Assembly: GCA_965287045.1 (NCBI GenBank)
Contig: OZ336881.1
Coordinates: forward strand, 64,666,001-64,730,000
Length of the DNA: 64,000 nucleotides
Direction of reading: 5' to 3'
From: Carcharhinus amblyrhynchos
Lineage: Eukaryota
Shown: positions 1 through 13,134 of the stretch, in pieces
How positions within the stretch are numbered: the first letter of the stretch is position 1
How the letters are laid out: each line of letters opens with the position of its first letter
Position numbers and translations under genes: made by a program
The notes under the pieces: model-generated
The model's database searches: none
What the model was told of the DNA's origin: nothing
The model's input: only the letters and a program-made list of their open reading frames with translations

Positions 1-54
1 GTACCAATAACCAGAAACTAAACTGGACCAATACTATCAATACTGTCATAACAA

Positions 55-130
55 GACAAAAGAAAATACTGCAGATTTGTCTCTTGCCAGATCTGCTGAG
101 TATTTCCAGCATTTTTTTGTTTCTATTTGT
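55..130 (+). mobile_element. Short remnant of a Penelope-like terminal repeat
   Basis: GCCAGATCTGCTGAGTATTTCCAGCATTTTTTGTTT matches the copies at ~11810-11905 and ~15915-16012. The Penelope assignment is from recalled elasmobranch repeats. Confidence 0.45.
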
Positions 131-429
131 GGTCACGAGGGCAAAGACTCTGCCATGAGTGACTTGCCTGACTCTGAAATGCCTCCCCTTGATCAAATAC
201 ACAAGTTTCCCTGGACAGATATAGCTGCAACAGCAACATAAGCTCAAGACCAAGGATACTCAATCAGTGCTGCTAATAAACACAATATCCATTCTTTCAC
301 CACTGACACATTATGACAACAGTAAACATTACAGGATGCACTATAAGAACTACAATCTTTTGCATCAAAAAACAAGATCAACATCATTTGATTTACCATC
401 ATCTACAGTTTTGAGCTGCTGGATCCTTT

Positions 430-2345
430 TTTTTATGCTGGCCTTGCCTGCATGAGAGTGTTGCAGGCAAGGCCAGCATTTGCTTTCCAGCTTAATTGCC
501 TTTGAGGTGGTGGAGAGTTGCCTTCCTAAACCACTGCAGTTTTGTAGTGTAGGGAAGGAATTCCAGGTTTTTGACCCAGCAATAGTTATGAAATAGCAAT
601 CTGGTCCAGATCAGGATGATGTGATTTGGAGAAGAACTTATAGCAGGTGGTTTTCCACTAACTTGTTGCCCTTGTCCTTCTAGGTGGTATTGGTCACACA
701 CTTGGGAAATGCTGTTGAAGGTGACTTGGCAATTTTGTGCAGTATATCAAACAGATCGGATACACTGCTGTCATTGTACACCTGTAGAAGAGAGAGAATG
801 AATACTTGTGGTAATAGATGAGATGACAATCAAGAAGACTGCTTTATCCAAGATGGAGTCAAGCTTCTTGAGTGTTCTTGGAGTTGCACACATCCTGACA
901 AATTGAGATTATTCCATCACAATCCTGACCTCCCTCGTAGCTGGTAGATAGGCTTTGAGGAAAATCAGGATTAGTTATTCATTACAGAATCTCCAGCCTC
1001 TAAACTGCTCTTGTAGCTCCAGTCTTCATTTGGCTGGTCCAATAAGTTTCTCAGAATTGGTAAACTTTGTATTTATGATAGGAGATTCAGCAATGATAAT
1101 GTCAAGGAGAGCTTTTAGATGTTCTCTTATTGGAAGTGAATATTAGTACTTGTCTGGTGCAAAGGCCACTCACTACTCATCAGCCCAAGCCTGAATTGTT
1201 TGCAGATCTTGCTGCATAAGGGGATGAACTAATTTCAGTACAAGTCCTGAATAGGATCAAACACTACAGTGAACATTCTCACTTCTAACCTTGCGAGGGA
1301 GGAAACATTGTTAAAGCAGCTGAAGATGGCATGGCCTGCAGTGGTATCCAAGTTGACCTCCAAAAACCACAACCATCCTTTCTTTATGCTAGGTAATAAT
1401 CCATTCAGTGCAGAGTTTTCCTCTGATTCTTAATTACTTACATTTTGTTCAGGGTTCTCTGATGCTACACTCGAGCTAAATGCTGCACAGATGTCAAGGG
1501 TAGTCACTCTCAACTTGTTTCCAGAGTTTGGCTTTTTACTGTGATGAGGTCAGGAGCTGACTGGCCCTGACAGAACCCAAACTGTGCATCAGTTATTGCT
1601 GAGCAAGTGCCACATGATAGCACCGTCAATGAACTCTTCCATCAATATGCTATGACCAAGAGTAGACTGATGGTGCAGGTTGGATTTGTCCTGCTTTTTG
1701 TGGACAGGCATGCCTGGGCAATTTTCCACAATGTCAAAGAGATGCTGGTGTTGTCATTGTACTGGAAGAGCTCAGAATGAGGCACAAGGAGCACAAATCC
1801 TCAGTGCCAAAGCCAGGATGTTGTCAAGGCCTATTGTGTTTGCTGTATCCAGTGCATTCAGCTATTTCTTGATATCACAGAAAATGAACATATTGTCTAA
1901 AGACTGGCATCTTTAATACTGGGGATGTCAGGAGGGGGCCAAAATTGTTCATCCACTTGGCACTTCCAGCCAAGGACAGTTGCAAATGTTTCTATCTTAT
2001 GTTCCACTCTGACATGCTGGGCTCACCTCTAGTTAGTTGTTCAGCACATTCAAAACTAAATGGATGGCAGAGCTTTGATCTGATCCATACCACTGGTTAT
2101 GGAATTGCTTAGCTGTCTGCCACATATTGCTTCCATTCTTTAGCATGCATGGCGTAATTTCAGCAGGTTAGCACTGCATTTAAGTGCCTGGCATGCTCTG
2201 CTACACTCACTGAACCAGGCTTAATTGCCTCACTTGATAATAGTAGGGAGAAATATGCTGGGCCATGATGTTTGAATCCAGTTGAATACAATTCTGCTGC
2301 TAGTGACCCACTGCACCTCATGGGTGCCCAATTTTGAGCAGCTAG
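430..2345 (-). mobile_element. Degraded LINE of a second CR1/L2-group family ('LINE-B')
   Basis: The 3' tail at ~460-540 (GGCCAGCATTTG..TTAATTGCCTTTGAGGTGGTGG..CCACTGCAG on +) and the body align with the copies at 2355-2910 and 48812-49615. No intact ORF. Confidence 0.7.
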
Positions 2346-2354
2346 AAATACTGT

Positions 2355-4410
2355 GATTTCTTTAATTCTTTCACGAAATGTGAGCATTGCTGGCCTAGTC
2401 AGGCCAGGCCAACATTTACTGCCTATCTTTACTTGCTCAAAAAAGTGTTTGCGAGCCACCTTCTTGAACCGCTGCAATCCATGTAATGTAGGGATATCCA
2501 TAATGCAATCTGGAAGGCAGTTCCAGGTTTTGGACACTGATGGTGAAAAAATGGCGATATAGTTCCAAGTTAAGATGGTGCGTGGTTTGGAGGGGAATTT
2601 ACAGCTGGTGATTCCTTGCACGTGCTGCACCTGTGCTTCTGGGAAGTGGAATTTGTGCCTTTTGAAAGTTGAAGGCTTGGTCAATTTTTGCATTATATCG
2701 AATAGGTGGTACATGGGGCTGCCATGTGCACCTGTGTAGAGGGACTGAATATTTGTGGTAATTGATGGGATGACAATCAAGAAGGTGCCTTATCCTAGCC
2801 GGTGTGGAGCTTCTTGGATAATATTGGAGCCACACTCATCCAAGTAAGTGAGAGTATCCCATCACTTTCCTGACTTCCAGTAGCTGGTGGACAGGTTTTA
2901 GGGATTCAGGTTTGAACATAGAACATTACAGCGCAGTACAGGTCCTTTGGCTCTCGATGTTGCACCGACCAGTGGAACCAATCTAATGACCGTCTAACCT
3001 AAACTATTCCAATGTTATCCATATGCCTATCCACTGACCATTTGAACGTCCTTAAAGTTGGCGAATCCACAACTGCTGCAGGCGGGGCATTCCACAACCT
3101 TACTACCCTCTGAGTAAAGAACCTATCTCTGACATCCATCCTATAATTACCACCCCTTAATTTAAAGCTATGTCCCCTTGTGTGAGCCATCACATCCAAT
3201 GTAAAAGGCTCTCACTGTCCACCCTATCCAATCCTTTGATCATCTTGTATGCCTCAATCAGGTCACCTCGTAACCTTCTTCTCTCCAATGAAAATAACCT
3301 CAAGTCCCTCAGCCTTTCCTCATAAGACCTTCCCACCATACCAGGCAACATCCTGGTAAACCTCCTTTGCACCCTTTCCAATGCCTCCACATCTTGCTTA
3401 TAATGCGGCGACCAGAACTGTATGCAATACTCCAAGTGCAGCCACACCAGAGTTTTGTACAGTTGCAACATGACCTCGCGGCTCTGAAATTCAATCCCTC
3501 TACCAATAAAAGCTAACACACCGTCTGCCTTCTTAACAACCTTATCAACCTGGGTGCCAACTTTCAGGGAGCTATGCACATGTACCCCGAGATCTCTCTG
3601 CTCATCAACACTACTAAAAGTCCTTCCATTAGCCCTATATTCTGTACTCCTGTTACTCTTACCAAAGTGAATCACCTCACACTTTTCTGTATTAAACTCC
3701 ATCTGTCACCTCTCGGCCCAGCTCTGCAGCTTATCTATGTCCCTCTTCAAACTGTAACATCCATCCTTACTGTCTACAACTCCTCCGACTTTGGTGTTGT
3801 CAGCAAATTTACTAATCCATCCTTCTACACCCTCATCTAGGTCATTTATAAAAATGACAAACAGCAGTGGCCCCAAAACAGATCCTTGAGGTACACCACT
3901 TGTAACTGAACTCCAGGTTGAATATTTCCCATCAACCACCACCCTCTGTCTTCTATCAGCTAGCCAATTCCTGATCCAAACTGCTAAATCACCCTCAATC
4001 CCATGCATCTGCATTTTCTGCAATAGCCTACCATGGGGAACCTTATCAAACGCTTTGCTAAAATCCATATACACCACGTCAACTGCCTTACCCTTATCCA
4101 CCTCTTTGGTCACCTTTTCAAAAAACACGATAAGGTTTGTGAGGCACGACCTACCCTTCGCAAAGCCATGTTGACTATCCCTATTCAATTTATTTCCCTC
4201 TAGATGATTATAAATCCTACCCCTTAGAATTCTTTCTTTGGGTATTCACCAAAGAATCTTCAAACTCTGAACTGCTCTTGTAGCCAGTGTGCATATGGCT
4301 GGTCCAGTTTTGAATTGCTGGTCAAAGCTAATTTCCAGGATGTTGATGATAGGAGTTGTAGCAGCAGCAATGCCAATGACAGGTAGGTTGCTGAAGTGAT
4401 TGTCAAATAA
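2355..4410 (-). mobile_element. LINE-B 3' fragment (2355-2910 and 4240-4410) split by a CR1 insertion
   Basis: ORF 2160..2780 contains the LINE C-terminal motif 'SKTWNCLP..GLQRFKK'. Similarity to the 430-2345 copy resumes after the CR1 at ~4240. Confidence 0.65.
2914..4235 (-). mobile_element. 5'-truncated CR1/HER1 LINE, RT region with stop and frameshift
   Basis: ORFs 3706..4188, 3190..3702 and 2999..3199 carry [45 protein letters not shown] (FADDTK variant) and RGHSFKL. (GAACATA)-type tail at 2914-2927. Confidence 0.95.
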
Positions 4411-4544
4411 TCTTTTTTTCCCTTTTGTTGATGCCCTTGGCCCAATTTGTTCTTCAGAACTAAGCAAGCATTGGTGCTGCCAAGCCTCCCTTGCTGATAG
4501 GAATGCCCATCACCAAGTACATTCTTCAAACTTACATATACCAT

Positions 4545-5340
4545 GCTGACTTAGACATTTATACCAACATCCTCTTCCTGACTCCCATGTTAGACAATAT
4601 TGGTAACCATCCTCTCTTGAGATAGTGTCCCTCTCTCCTTCAACTCTGCCATCACCCTTCTCCAAAATTCAACGCTTGACACACTATCCTTGCAACCTAC
4701 CGCTCAATCTCCAAATGCAAACTACAACCCCATCTTTGACCCCCTTTCCCTTGTTATTGCCTCCCAAATCTGTGCATATCTTTCCTAGAACTCCTTCAAT
4801 ACAGTTGACCAAATCATCAGCCGCCTCCTTCGTCTTGTCCAACTGGGTGAGTTGCATCATCTAACTATACCCAGAGTAACACTTGTAATGCTTTTTCTTC
4901 CCACTCCTGCATACTTATCTCTGGTATCTATCTCCTAGGGACCTATCCTTGGCTCTTCCTATTTTTCATTTGCATGCTGCCCCCTCAGTGGGCAACATCT
5001 GAAACACTATCAGTATACACGTATGCTTTGACAACACCTAGGTCGACACCCCCCTATTCACACATGGTGGCTAAATTATGAGATTTGTCTGATATTCAAT
5101 GAGCAGAAATCACATCCAAATAAATATTGGGAAGATCAAAACCATTGTCTTTGGGACTCAAGACCACTCCATTCCTCATCCTGGTAGCTATCTGAAGCTG
5201 AACCAATGCCAAGAAGAGTTCCGAACCACATCTCCACATCATCAAGTCTTCCTACTTCCATCTCCGGAACACCACTCACCACTGCCTCAGTTCATCTGCT
5301 GCTGGAAACCGCATTCACACCTTCATGACCTCCAGGTTTC
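4545..5340 (+). mobile_element. Old L2-like LINE fragment
   Basis: Pyrimidine-rich degraded RT sequence with 'IQINIGKIKTIVF' (L2-type LNxxKTE motif). Similar to 60110-61345. Confidence 0.55.
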
Positions 5341-6096
5341 CTCTCCGTGGATGACCTCCTTGACATGTAAAGATAATAAATTACAAGCTTGTGGTCCCAA
5401 TGATATTCCAGCTAAGATCTTCAAGCTAACAGACTTTAGCTCACATTAAGACACTTCCTATTGATTTGGGAGGAAAAAGGACTACACATTTTACTTTAGG
5501 AATGTGACAGTTGTAACTGTCTTTTAGAAGGAAGCTAAATTATGCTGTGGAAACTACTGATATATTTCCCTCTAGTCCAAAGCAGGGAAAAGTCCTGACA
5601 CACAGTCTCCTGAATTGCCTCCTGTGGCTGAGGAAATCCTCCCAAAGACACAGCTTGGCTTTAGACCTTCTAGAGAAACCTCTGACATGGTCTTTGTTAC
5701 CAACAAATCCAAGACAAATGTCAGGAACAACAACAGGGACTCTTTGTTGTATTCATCACCCTGACTGCAAGGCTCTTGGGATTGTGCTCCAAAGATTTGG
5801 ATGTCCAAGAAACATCATCACAATCCTGCAATTATTTCACTATGATATCACTCAAACTATTTGGAGTGCACAATCTGAAAGAGATACTTTCAAAATCAGG
5901 ACTGGGATCATGCAAGGCTGAGAAGTGGCACAGTACTATTTATGACCTACCTGACAGTGGCTGCTCACCTCTCAAAATATCAAATGTCCACTGGTGTCTG
6001 GATTAAATACCACTAAGGAGGAAAACTCTCTATCTTCTGTTGCCTATGTCAAAACTAAATTATCACCATAAACATACATGACACACAGATTGTGGA

Positions 6097-6395
6097 TGAT
6101 GACATGGTGGCACGGTGGTTAGCATTGCTGCCCCACAGCACCAGTGACCTGGGTTCAATTCCCAGCTTGGGTCACTGTGCAGAGTCTGCACATTCTCCCT
6201 GTTTCTGCATGTGTTTCCTCTGGGTGTTCCAGTTTCCTCCCATAGTCCAAAAGACGTGCTGGTTAGGTGCACTGGCCATGCCAAACTCTCCCCAGTGTAG
6301 TTGAACAGGCGCCTGACTGTGGCGGCTAAGATTTTCACAGTAACTTCATTGCAACGTTAAAGTAAGCCTACTTGTGACACTAATAAACAAACTGC
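6097..6395 (+). mobile_element. HE1-like V-SINE, alternative (non-CR1) tail
   Basis: tRNA head TGGCACGGTGGTTAGCA, B box GGTTCAATTCC, V-domain-like body, tail GTAACTTCATTGC..CTACTTGTGACACTAATAAA. Confidence 0.9.
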
Positions 6396-7058
6396 AAACT
6401 TTAAAACAATATAACTGCCCACTCTGCACCAGATTTGGAAGTCACTCTCAATCTCTTCAATTCTGCACACAAGAATTCAGCCCATTCTTAAAAGTTGCCA
6501 AAACAAAACTCATATCAACTTATACCTGGTCAGCCAAATATGCCACCTGCAGCGTACGTTGAAGTGACTCTAGAATACGTTGACCGCTTTCCATAACTAG
6601 AGAGCTACCTCCCTCAAAAGATCACCATCGAGAAGATCCAACACGATATCAGGTGCAACAGCTCAGCCTTCTACAAAGTATGGCGACATCTGCAGTGTGA
6701 CATAGACTGTGTGAAAGCAAAACACAACAGCAATAGAAGCTCCACCAGCAACCCCTTTGCCACATCCTACAGATCCAAAGGGATAACTGTCGAGCAAATG
6801 CTAATGTCCTTCTCAAAGCCAGCTCCACAAACATTCAGTCAACATCCCTCCTTAATCAAGTCCAGTGGATTGCTGCTGTGTCCAGACAGCCAAAAAACAT
6901 CTCAGCTGCCAAGTCCTGCTCTCTTAAATGGCTAATGTTCCAGGGAAGCGCGAAGAAAATCCTTCAAAGACACTCAAACTCTCATTGAAGTGCTCTGGCA
7001 TTGAACTTAATGACTAACTGTTCAGAACAGTAACAAGTTCTCCATCAAACTTTTGAGT

Positions 7059-7352
7059 GGGCAGCACAGTGGCAAGCATTGCTGCCTCACAGCACCAGAG
7101 ACCTGGGTTCAATTCCGGCCTCCAATGACCATTTGTGTGGAATTTGCACATTCTCTCTGCGTCTGCATTAGTTTCCCCCGGTTTCCTCCCACAGTCCAAA
7201 GATGTGTGGGTTAGGTTGATTGACAATATTAAATTGAGCCTTGTGTTAGCAGGTAAATATGTGGGATTACAGGAATAGGGCATGGGTGGGACTGTGGTCA
7301 GTACAGACTCAATAGGCCAAATGATCTCCTTCTGCACTGTAGGGATTTGATG
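7059..7352 (+). mobile_element. HE1-like V-SINE, CR1 tail
   Basis: GGGCAGCACAGTGGC head, B box, tail GGCCAAATGATCTCCTTCTGCACTGTAGGGATT. Confidence 0.9.
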
Positions 7353-7559
7353 AGTCCCAATGCTTTAACGCGCCAGAGAAAGAAACAAAAAAGGAAGCAA
7401 ATCCTGCACTCCAGACCACACTATCTCAGGGACATCCTACATGACCAGAGATCTGATTGTCAAGAATTAGCCTGCTTAATCACATAAAGACTCATGCGAA
7501 AAAACTCTCAACCCTGAGTAGATATCATTCTCAAATCGAGGGACAAGCAACAACTGCTG

Positions 7560-8065
7560 GACTTGACAACTTCAATAAGCAACTGACCAACCACCCACAT
7601 TCAAAGTTTTGTCTCTTCAAGGGCATCTAAAGCTCTACTGCTCATGTTTTACCTCACCCAAGTCCCTTTCACCTATCACCTGTTTGTCCACTGATCTACA
7701 TTCGCTGAAAATTTCACAACAGTTCAATTTTAAAGTTCTCATCCTTATTTTCAAATCCCACCCCCATGGTCTCACCATCGACTAAACTCTAATTTCCTTC
7801 AGCTCCACAATTCAGATAAATATGCAATCCTTTAGCTACTTGAGAATCCCTAATCTTAATTGATACTCTATTGTGTCCCTGCCTTCCGCTGCCCTGGAAT
7901 CCACTTTGTAAAAATCGCCATCTCTTTATCTTCCTTTAGGATGCTTTTTTAACCGACTTTTTGACCAAGTTTTTGATCATCTGCCCCAATATATCCAAAC
8001 GTGGCTTAAAAAGTGAAAACTCTTGGAATGTTTTCCTATGTTAACACCATATAAATACTAGTTAT
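7560..8065 (+). mobile_element. Old L2 3' end
   Basis: TTTAAAGTTCTCATCCTTATTTTCAAATCCC and 3' region are similar to 60900-61345. Confidence 0.55.
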
Positions 8066-8494
8066 GGTACTTTCATCATCACTGAGTCCAGAAACTCTCA
8101 ATGTAACATCATTCTAGAGACACTATCATCACTAAGACTGCTGCAGTTCAAGGGGAATGGCCACCACCTTCTCAGGCGACTGGTATCACATAATACATGG
8201 GCCCTTGCCAGTTTGCCCACATCATGAAAAGTTATTTCTTAAAAAAAAAGGCGTGGCACTTACATAGCACATTTTGGTGCAGTAAAACATCCCAAGGTGC
8301 TCCAGAAGATCTCTACCAAACATAATTTAACACCAATTCATAAAAGGGGATATTAGGGAAGATGGCCAAAAACTTGGTCAATGATATAGGTCATAAGGGT
8401 GTTAAAGGAAGAAACAAAGACAGAGACAGAGACATTTAAGGAGGGAAACTATAATTTAATGCAGAAAATGTGAGGTAATAAATTTTGGCACAAA

Positions 8495-8771
8495 GTTTTT
8501 TTAAATTAATGTCACAATTAGACTTTAACACTACAATGAAGTTACTGTGAAAATCTCATAGTCGCCACACTCTGACGCCTGTTTGGTGAGGGAGAATTTA
8601 GCATGGCCAATGGACCTGACCAGCACATCTTTCAGACAGTGGTGGGAAGCCAAAGAAAACACATGTAGATAGGAGGAGAATATGTAGACTTCGCACAGAC
8701 AGTGACCCAAGCCAGTAACTGAACTCAGGTCCCTGGCACTGTGACGCAGCAGTGCCAACCACTGTGCCACC
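8495..8771 (-). mobile_element. HE1-like V-SINE, alternative tail
   Basis: Reverse complement of the 6097-6395 type. Confidence 0.85.
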
Positions 8772-8969
8772 CTATAAAAGGACATATATACTTAATGGTG
8801 AAGTTTTAAAAGGCCTCAAATACATTAAAATCCAGAAAGCAAGTCAAGAATACATAAATTTACAATATTACATAACTACACTGACTACATTTCAAAAAAA
8901 TACTTCATTGGTTGCAAAGTGCTTTGTGGCATCACGAGATTCTGAAAGCTGCTAAAATAGATGTGGGTA

Positions 8970-10990
8970 ATATTGCAATTGAAAAATCAGGAAATGACAA
9001 ACTTGTCGAATCATTACTTTGCGTCAGTCTTCACAATAGAGAGAAAGGACTGTGTACCTGACATTTCACGGAAACTAATAACGAATCAAGGACTGGAACT
9101 GATTACAACTGTTTGTCTAACATACATTGTGGAAAAGTTATTAAAATCTATAATTAAGAACCAAGCACTTATAGAAATCTGAGCTGATTAGAGAGAGCCC
9201 AACATGAATTTGTAATACACAGATCATGTCTAACAAACTTAATTGAATTTTTTGAGGAAGTAACTAAAGTAGTAGACATGGAAATGTCTACAAATGTAGT
9301 TTGGGTGGACTTGCAAACAACATTCGATCAGATTCCACATAAGACTGTTTGGTTAAAATTAAAGGTCATGGTATTGAAGGCAAATTATTGATCTGGTTAG
9401 GAGAATATTTATATGGTAAAAGATAGAGTAGGGATAATGGGTATGTACTTGAATTGGAAGAAAGTGACTTAATGGTGACACATAACCATCTGTGCTGGGA
9501 TCTTAACTGTTCACTACATTTGTTAGTGGTTTAGATAACTTGAGAGTCATATATCCAATGATTAACGACAAAGTTAAATTGTGTCAACAGGAACATAAAT
9601 TTACAAAGAACCACTGGTAGACTGAAGTGAGAAAACAGAGGCAAATAGATTTAAACATATTTTCGAGCAAAAAAAGGGCGTATCCATGTATTTTTTAAAT
9701 ACTGAAAAGCTAGGAATAACAGCAATGTGAGCAGAATTTCAAGATCCACGTGTATAGATCATTAAAACCTAAAAATCAGGTACAAAAAAGCGTAACAGAA
9801 AGTTTACCCACATAATTAGAGACCAAGAATGTAAAGGAGAAGGATTTGTTACAGTTATACAACATTCTGGTTAGATCACATCTGAAGCACTGTGCATAGT
9901 TTTGGTTCCAGCACCTTAGAATAAATATAGATAGCTGCCTTGGAAGGAGAGCAATGTCGATCTACCAGAAAGCAGAGCTCTAAGGTAATGACTGACTACA
10001 TAAAAAAGATTTGCATTTCCTGGAAAACAGAAGGTTGGGGTGGTGGTGGTGGTGGTGGTGGCGGCGGGGGGGCTTACTTTGAGAACTTTTAGGATTTTGA
10101 AAGAAACTGATGGGCAGATAGAAAAAAAACTTCACTGCTGAAGTCAAGGGGCCAGAACTTTAAAAATCAGATACGCACAAAAATCAGATGTTGTTGAATT
10201 AATCAGATTCCTACAGAGAGCAAATATTACTCAATTAATAATTTTAACTTGAGATTGATAGATTTTGCTAGCCAAGGATATTAAGCAAAAGCAAATGAAT
10301 GGAGTTAAGATGCAGATCAGCCACAATGTCAATAAATAGCAGCACAAATGTGCGCGTCTGTTCCCATGTTCCTAAATGCAGATCCTTCTTCTTATTTAAT
10401 GCTACTGAACCATACCAAATTCAGGATTTAAAAGTAGGGCATCAAATACTTAAAGAGCTAAGAATACATCTTAAAAAGTGTTAGGTGACTATAAGAATGT
10501 GTCCTATTCACGGCAAGCAATGCTAGCCCTGGAGAGAGCACACAAGAAATTCACTAAGGTGTTGAGAGGTTTTAGCTACAAGGACAAGAAGTAAAACTTT
10601 TTTCTACATTTGAGTAGGGAAGGCTGAGGAGCTTTGATTGAGGTTAACAAACTTATGAAGGGCTTTTGAGAAAGGTAAATAAAAAAAGCTATTTTCACTG
10701 GTCATCAAGTTAGTAACTGGGGAACATAAGTTAAAGGCCACGATGAAAAGAACAAAGGAAAATATTAGGATTTTGAAAAAAGTAATGCAGAGAGTTTTTA
10801 GGACGTCTCATCAAAAACTACGGTGGAAAAACAGAGTTCTTTGCAGATTTTAAAAGAGATGTAGGTAAATATTTGAAATATCAAAACTTAGAATGACAAA
10901 TAGAGAAAGAGTTACACAATGGGATTCACTCTTTTGTAGAAACAACAGATAAGTTAAGTCCAATGGTCTCCTTCCCTGCCATTAAACCAG
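8970..10990 (+). mobile_element. Heavily degraded CR1 fragments (~8970-10375 and ~10480-10990)
   Basis: Remnants encoding 'NHYFASVFT', 'SCLTNLIEFFEEVT' and a CR1 3' end (GATCAGCCA...). Many indels. Confidence 0.7.
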
Positions 10991-11314
10991 TGATTCAAAG
11001 TGTTTGAAGCTACTTCAAATGATGTATTTACATGCACTATTTTTCTTCCAATTAGCCTTCAATATGGACAATTACTTACCTCTTTTCGCAATGTGTTTCT
11101 GTATCCTGCATGAGTATACTGAAAAATCTCTCACCACCACACCTCCTCCCCCCTGCAACCAACATGGTCCAAAGTATTACTCTTGTCAACTTTTAGCTCT
11201 CCCTGCAGAGGACCCAGTTTATTATTTAGTGAGAGGCAATGTTTTTCATCTAGCTTTGAACCATTTCTTTGTCGGAAAAATAGTGACCAATCTATTTGCT
11301 ATCATAAAACCACA

Positions 11315-11629
11315 GAACTTCAACAGTGCAGGAGGCCATTTAGCCCACTGAGTCTGCACAGGATCTCTGTCAGAGCATCCCACCTCAGCCCTATCCCCAA
11401 ACCCCCACTAATCCCCCTAACCTACACATTTTTGGACACTAAAGGGCAATTTAGCACGGTCAACCCACCTAACCTGCAGATCTTTGAACTGTGGGAGAAA
11501 ACCAGAGCACCTGGAGGAAATCCATGCCAACACAGTGTGAATGTGCAAACTTCACACAGTCACCCAAAGCTGGAATCGAATGTAGGTCCCTAGACCTTGA
11601 GGCAACAGTGCTAACCACTGTGCCACCGT
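11315..11629 (-). mobile_element. HE1-like V-SINE, CR1 tail
   Basis: GTGCTAACCACTGTGCCACCG head at the right end and ACAGTGCAGGAGGCCATT tail at the left. Confidence 0.9.
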
Positions 11630-11794
11630 ATTATCAAGCTTCTGGAACTCCATGTTGTGCCTAAGTCGTTCTCTCGCTCGCTCTCCCCCCCCCCCCCCCC
11701 CGCAAATTTGCTAATCCATACAAATCTTAAGCAAAATAGTGATCAAACATCACTGCCACTCAGGTATAAAGTAGCTCTGGAAAACTCAAAATAA

Positions 11795-11905
11795 ATTTGA
11801 AACATTAAGTCTCTTTCTCCCTCCACAGATGCTGCCAGCCCTGCTGAGTTTTTCCAATATTTTCCATTTTTATTTCAGATTTCCAACATCTGTAGTATTT
11901 TGCCC
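11795..11905 (+). mobile_element. Penelope-like terminal repeat remnant
   Basis: GAAACATTAA..CTCCACAGATGCTGCCAGCCCTGCTGAGTTTTTCCA; third copy at ~15915-16012. Confidence 0.5.
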
Positions 11906-13128
11906 GAGATTATGACTTCAGTTTTCGACTTGGCAAAGCTGGGATATTTATAACACTGCTTAAATGAGCTGCAATGTGAGTGTCTTAAGGCTATGACAAT
12001 GGTCGAAGAGTGATATCATGACATAAGATTAGCCTTTCACTCAACCTGCGTCGCAACAAAAAATATAGTTCGCCAAACAAACCTGCCAAATCTACAAGGC
12101 TAAAACATAAATTAAAGACAGAATTCATCACCTTCAACCTGTCAAATATTAATATGAAAATGCAAATAAATCCTAAAACAACAATAATGCAATAAATGTT
12201 ATTAAAATACAAACTATAGAAAACCAGAAGGTTAAACTAGTAGAACAGAATTCTTACCCAACAAGTACATAAGACTATGAATATTTAAATCATGGAAAAT
12301 AGGAATAGATTATTCAGAGAAAATTTTATGGGAAGCATCAAAACTGAAAAACAAACCTTTTGTAAAGTAATGCCAGGAATCTCAATAACCCAAAGCTGTC
12401 AATTACAGAGAAATGTAGAACACAGATTGTTTAAAAGTTTCCTTTTCATTAAAAAAGGGAATGAAATGTGTCTAAATTAGTTACATTTTAGTCCAAAAAG
12501 ATCAGCTGAAATGTAAAACATTCAGCTCGTTTTTAAGTAAAAATGTCATTGCACACATCGTGTATTTACTTTTCCGTTATTTCCTTCTCAAAGACTTTTT
12601 TAAAATTCCATTTGTTTCTTTTAAAAAAACCCTAGCAAACACTTGTCAAACACAAAAGTCTGGGTAGGTAAGGTACACAAGAGGCCTACAATGACCTTTC
12701 TGCCAGCCTCTTGTTCAAGCCTGCTCCTCCAGCTTAAGGGCACGGATGTCATTTTCAGCAATACTAGAAGGAGCAGCGCGTTTTTAAAAATCAAACTCCT
12801 ACAGATTTAAAAACAAATAAATCAGTCTTCACTGTTTGTGGGGGGGGGGGGGTGCAAAAAACCCAGATTACGGCTGCAATCGACGGATGATCTGCCGATC
12901 CCTGGCTATGGGGTATGAAAATTGTCAGAGTTATCGCAAGACACACACACACACTTTAGGAACAAAAATGTAGTTCGGGCCTTAGGCCTTTCTAGAAGCC
13001 CCGGCCTCTCGTGGAAGGGAGGCGGTAGGAGGAGGACGCGCTGGAGGAAGAGGATCGGGGAAGGGGGTTGGGGGGGGAGAGTGGAGATGGGGCAGGACCG
13101 GATAGAGATGTGGGACGGACACACTCAC

Positions 13129-13134
13129 CGACAT
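13129..13134 (-). CDS. Putative coding part of exon 1 (Met-Ser) of an unidentified host gene
   Basis: Minus strand reads GGGTCACC ATG TCG | GTGAGT: A at -3 (Kozak), consensus phase-0 splice donor, located at the downstream edge of the CpG island. No exon 2 recognised in the window. Confidence 0.65.

Larger units (their letters stand above)
5370..7545 (+). mobile_element. Old RTE-clade LINE fragment interrupted by two HE1 SINEs
   Basis: 'LQRFGCPRNIITILQLFH...FKIRTGIMQG' matches the RTE/BovB pattern 'L.KFGCP.KFI.II..FH...F.V..GVKQG'. Confidence 0.65.

Noticed and set aside
11991-12230. Possible exon 2 or microexon of the minus-strand gene (several AG/GT signals, e.g. TAG|ATTTGGCAG|GT)
   Set aside because: AT-rich, weak donors, no recognisable peptide. 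Cannot be supported without transcripts.
13129-13134. Assigning a gene symbol to the Met-Ser exon (TAF15, SP1 and CTBP1 considered)
   Set aside because: As recalled, those have 7-nt first coding exons. Two codons cannot identify a gene.
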